The position numbers and the translations under genes are program-made. Under the pieces are notes generated by a model that worked only from the letters and a program-made list of their open reading frames with translations, made no database searches and was not told the DNA's origin. From positions 26,350,001 through 26,414,000 of the forward strand of contig CM074522.1 in NCBI GenBank assembly GCA_037379345.1: a DNA stretch of 64,000 bases. The letters run 5' to 3'. Source of the DNA: Perna viridis. Taxonomy: Eukaryota. How positions within the stretch are numbered: position 1 is the first letter of the stretch; each line of letters begins with the position of its first letter. Positions 59,799 to 64,000 of this stretch are shown here, piece by piece.

Positions 59799-61537
59799 GG
59801 AGAGACACAGAACTTCCGAACATTTTCTTTTTTATTCAATCAAAATATCTATGGAAAAAAAACGATATAAATTAAGGTAATTAATCACGAAGACTATAAT
59901 GAGGATAAAAGACCCGACACCATTACTAAAACGCAGCAATACAAAACATACATACCAGTCAATTGAACTTAGCATTTTCTACATTTATGTTGTCTTCAAC
60001 GAATACGATAACATGTAAACTGCACAAACATTACAATTTGTACAATAATAAGTATTATTTGACAGATAAAAAGGTCAAACAGCTTATCCATACGTGGTAA
60101 AATTCATTAACATGTTTTTGTAGAACCATTTTTGTTTTCTTTGTGTTGATTTATTTTTGATTGTTTTTCCTAATGTTTTGTGTTTTTTTTCTTTTTTGTT
60201 TTGTTTTGTTTTATTTTGTTTCTGTTTGTTTGTTTGTATGTTTGTTTGTTTTTTGGTTAGGTATAAGGGTTATTTATGTGACATTTATGGAAAATATCCC
60301 AATTTAGGAACAAATAGAATAATAACCTAAAACTTTAAAGCGAAATACAATACATGTCATAGATGAATTGACTGATACATATAGGGATATACATACCTAG
60401 GACAGGCTGCGTGTTAGTATTATCTTACTGTACATTAGGGACCTCTGATATTGTATCAGACCACCTACCCAACTTTTCATCTATAAACCACAGTTTGAAG
60501 TGCAAATTAGAAACACAATCATGTAATATCCTAATACTGTAATCCTGAGGCCAAACACTATCAGGCATACAATTCGATAATCATTATAACTGGAGCATAT
60601 CTGTACCTATATGTACACAAACTATTGAGAGCAATGCAAGTTTTAAGTATTTATTCAAATATTTCATTTTAATGTAACACAAAATAATATTAAAGAAAAA
60701 AGTTTGGTAGTAAGTACACGGACCTATGAATTTTATAATTGAATGATGCTGTTAATCAAAGCACTAAAACTTTTTGTTACATTAAGGGAGCAGTCTTTTT
60801 GTTCAAGCTGAAAATGGTATCTTCAATAAGATGAATTCTATAGACCAATGGAGTACACCATTTATTTGCTTGTCAAACATATTTTCCAAAGTCCACCAAA
60901 ACAGATTTCAAGAAATATTTGTATACAGTTGTTGAATATGAGTAACAACAAAATTATCGAACTCTAATCTGATCCATAATCATGTTAAGTCCAAAATAAA
61001 ACGGACAATATAGATATAACATAATAACCGGAGTAGCTGGTACAGCAATGGTCTTGCCTTGGTACAGGCATTTCAAACGAAATGATGGGTTAAATATAGG
61101 TTTTACAGCGCGTCAAACCTCCCTTCATCCATTGCGGCTTAAATATACCGGTGGTCATTAAATAGCATTTGCATGCTATAGTGTCATAATCGGTAAATCA
61201 GTGTGCATATCAGTACAAAGAATAAAAAGCAATCATTACTTATTCTTTAATAAGAAACAGAATATTTTTCAACAAAGGACTGATATCAGAATTGGAATTT
61301 GGTAAGGGACCTTTGAGACGCATTTCCTCATAAAACTGATTCAAGAGTCTTCTCACGCAGACATTTATGGCAATCAGCAATTCAGAGTAGTAAGTCTTTG
61401 CTATAGTGTGGCGAATGAATATAAATATCATATACAGGAGATGAAGGTACATTTTGTATATTGCTGCACAAAGATGAAAAAGTTATAATTTTAAACTAAA
61501 GCCGTCTCTTTTACCAAAAATCTTAGTTATGAGATTA

Positions 61538-61730
61538 TGCACCTAGTCCATGCTCCCATTTTTTAGTGTAGTCCGAGTAGCTCATTTGCTTTGGTTACTT
61601 TGTATGTATAATTTAAGTTACTCTATGTTCTTTGTTGTGTATGTCTGGTTTTTTTTCCATGTCTGGTCTTTGTCCTTGGATTACATCCTTTTGATTACCG
61701 CTATAACCTTGGTTCCCTTGATTATTCTTG
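61538..61730 (+). mobile_element. Penelope-like 3' UTR fragment
   Basis: Matches 58560-58750; a more diverged copy lies at 59450-59660. Confidence 0.75.
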
Positions 61731-61861
61731 TACAAACATTTAATAAGGAAGGAACAGAATACCTTGCATCCATTAATGATATAAGTGGTTAATAAAAAGA
61801 CATTTTATTAGAATACACTACGTGTATACATTTATGTAAGGTATATAGCCATTGTACTTAA

Positions 61862-62526
61862 GGAGGTAGACCTAGGGTAAGGGACACAACTCATTTGGAA
61901 CGTTTGTATTCAGCATTTCACATCAATCTTATGGTACCAGTATCGTATTGCATATCCCTGAGCGGGTGTACGTCAAAACATGGATGCCATAAAAATATAG
62001 TGCATTTTCTTTTTGCCTCTCTACAAACTAATGTTTTGTCAAAAGACATGAACAATGACTTAAAAAATAGAGCAAACATCACACTGTAAGATGAAGAACT
62101 TTTTTAAAAGAAAATCTAACATAATATCATAAAAATGTTCCACTGAAAAGGTTGGTTTGGTGAGTGCAAAACGAAAGTGAAAGTAGGGAAAATGGCTATT
62201 TATAGTTCAAGACTACTTTTCTGTCCAATCTTCGTGGACTCACCCTATTTTCTTTGCGGGAAATTATTTTTTCACATGTCCTTAGAAATGCTACATAAGT
62301 GAAAGTTTTATTGAATCAATTTACATATTTTTTAAAAAATCCTAAAAATATGCACTTCACTATAGAAGTCTATGGGAAAATTAATACGATACTGAGACCT
62401 TATGTAAGCATCTAATTCACTTTATTCTGTTTCAAACGAAAGCTTGAGAGGCTTTAGTGAAATTGAATATAATACAAACATATCACTGATGTCATGAGTT
62501 ATGTCCTTTACCCCAGATCTACCGCC
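61862..62526. mobile_element. Same MITE carrying a nested second MITE (61933-62399)
   Basis: TTAA flanks. The inner element has TIR GGT..CAGTATCGTATT and a TTAT duplication that is single in the empty copy at ~26066. Confidence 0.8.
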
Positions 62527-62955
62527 TTAATATCAAAACAAGTGTGATGATAAGTCATTTTATAACGGATAAATAAAATAAAAAGAGAATACCTGAGGCT
62601 TTTCGATGATGTCTCGACAATAAGGTTTGATACTTGTTTCAGATGACTACAAATCAAATTTTATGTATGTATAATATGTTGTAAACGTATTAATTTTCGC
62701 CTACTTTCACGGTGGACAAAAACAGCGAAAAATAATACCGCAAAATATTTTTTTACAATATATAACGGACTCCGAATGATCCTATAACTTGTCTAAACCA
62801 GACACTTAAGTCCTGTTATATCCATTCAAATGTATTCTATACCTTGGTAAACCAAACACCTGTCTAAACACAACCAATTTCAACTTCCAAAACGAGATTT
62901 GATTTCGATAGGTTTCACTTCACATTGTACGATAAGTTTTCTTGTACAACATTAT

Positions 62956-63456
62956 TTTTTTTGTTGGGGTTTAACGTCCGAGCAGCAATATTTCAGCTAT
63001 ATTCAGACAATGAACATGAAATGGATGATAAAATGAACATGAAATAAAAAAAGGGATGGGTCACAAGGATAATAGGGTCGACAAATTTTGATTGCCACTG
63101 GAAAAAGGGGGGATGGGTAAGGTCGGGCAATTTAGCCTCCTGTGGCGGAGCGCAAAGGTTCCTACTCCTATCGAATACCACAGCAGGGTTCTTTAACGTG
63201 CGAGGAACGTGGCATCTTTCCCAACACGGTGCACCACTATGGTTTGCGGTCAGGTTTTCCGTATTATAGCCTGACAACCCCAGCATGCAACACGCCAGGG
63301 GTACCCCATTCCACCACCTGGGGCACACATCCCAGTTGCTCTGTGGGCAGAGCGCCTAGCCCCCAGCTAGGTTTCTGAGCACTATTTAGTCGCCTTATAC
63401 AACAAGCTTAGCGCTGCTGCAGGCCTATTCTTTTAACACCCGGGCCTGCACGGGGC
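62956..63456 (-). mobile_element. Family B SINE-like element, copy 2
   Basis: TSD TGTACAACATTAT (62943-62955 / 63457-63469), oligo-A tail, same 5' end as copy 1. Confidence 0.85.
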
Positions 63457-63687
63457 TGTACAACATTATAATTAAAGCCTTAAACAAAGTATGAAACTGC
63501 ATTTCAAAATTTTGCCTGAAAATTTGAAATTTAATAAAACGTATATTTTTATAAGTTTGTTACATGAACTACAATGCCATGTACAATAAACAATTTGTAC
63601 ATGTACGTTCAAATGTTGAATAGGAACAACTTACGAACAAGGATTGTTCCGCTTTTCTCATGCATGTGTTGGTAAAAACTACAGGTA

Positions 63688-63999
63688 TTAAGTTATAATT
63701 TCATGCATAAATATCATTGTAGTCAGTATAAGAATAAAGGCGTCGTTCCCAATCGATAAGTTCATAGCCGAGTTGGTCAAGGTCTTGTGAGGAGCATCGG
63801 CCAAATAACCCGCTTCGTCAATGGCTGCTTTCCAAATGAACATATTTTCTCCAGAATTATCACTAAAGTTCATTGCACCAGAAAAAAATAAATTGATATT
63901 ATTTACTGTAAACCAGAGATCTCCCTTTTCGTCGATTGCGAAAGTGTCAACCCAGTTCATTTCCGGTTCGGTGCTGGTAAACAATTCCGTATCATTTTG
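63688..63999 (-). CDS. Yellow / major royal jelly protein (MRJP) family, 3' part (gene continues beyond the window)
   Basis: MNWVDTFAIDEKGDLWFTVNNINLF...MNF...NMFIWKAAIDEAGYL matches the last beta-propeller blade of Yellow/MRJP proteins. The frame is open to the window edge. Confidence 0.85.
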   Translation of the reverse strand, partial: QNDTELFTSTEPEMNWVDTFAIDEKGDLWFTVNNINLFFSGAMNFSDNSGENMFIWKAAIDEAGYLADAPHKTLTNSAMNLSIGNDAFILILTTMIFMHEIIT

Positions 64000-64000
64000 G

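Overview
This is an AT-rich, intron-rich animal genomic window. The repeat families resemble those of mytilid bivalves (an inference). It has two assembly gaps, at 30730-30869 and 38854-39001, and almost all entries in the ORF track are noise or partial exons. Three genes could be assembled by hand from splice sites and reading phase. (1) Minus strand 4464-30151: 26 coding exons, about 665 aa, secreted. The order is signal peptide, His/Tyr-rich domain, 10 EGF repeats, Thr/Pro stalk, and a C-terminal domain of about 120 aa. Eight of the EGF linkers are encoded by separate 9-nt microexons. The C-terminal motif pattern resembles bacterial T6SS amidase Tae2 and tick Dae2, with the catalytic Cys apparently replaced by Ala. 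(2) Plus strand 31329-59079, head-to-head with gene 1: 18 exons, about 722 aa, a secreted protein made of 16 LDL-receptor class A repeats only. (3) Minus strand at the right edge: the 3' end of a Yellow/MRJP-family gene with a GPI-like hydrophobic tail. The start of a possible paralog of gene 1 lies at the left edge. Introns are full of Penelope-like RT remnants, SINE-like elements, MITEs (some nested) and a Tc1 transposase fossil. The most interesting signals are the candidate domesticated pseudo-amidase domain on an EGF rod and the systematic 9-nt microexon linkers. All family assignments come from pattern recognition, not from searches.
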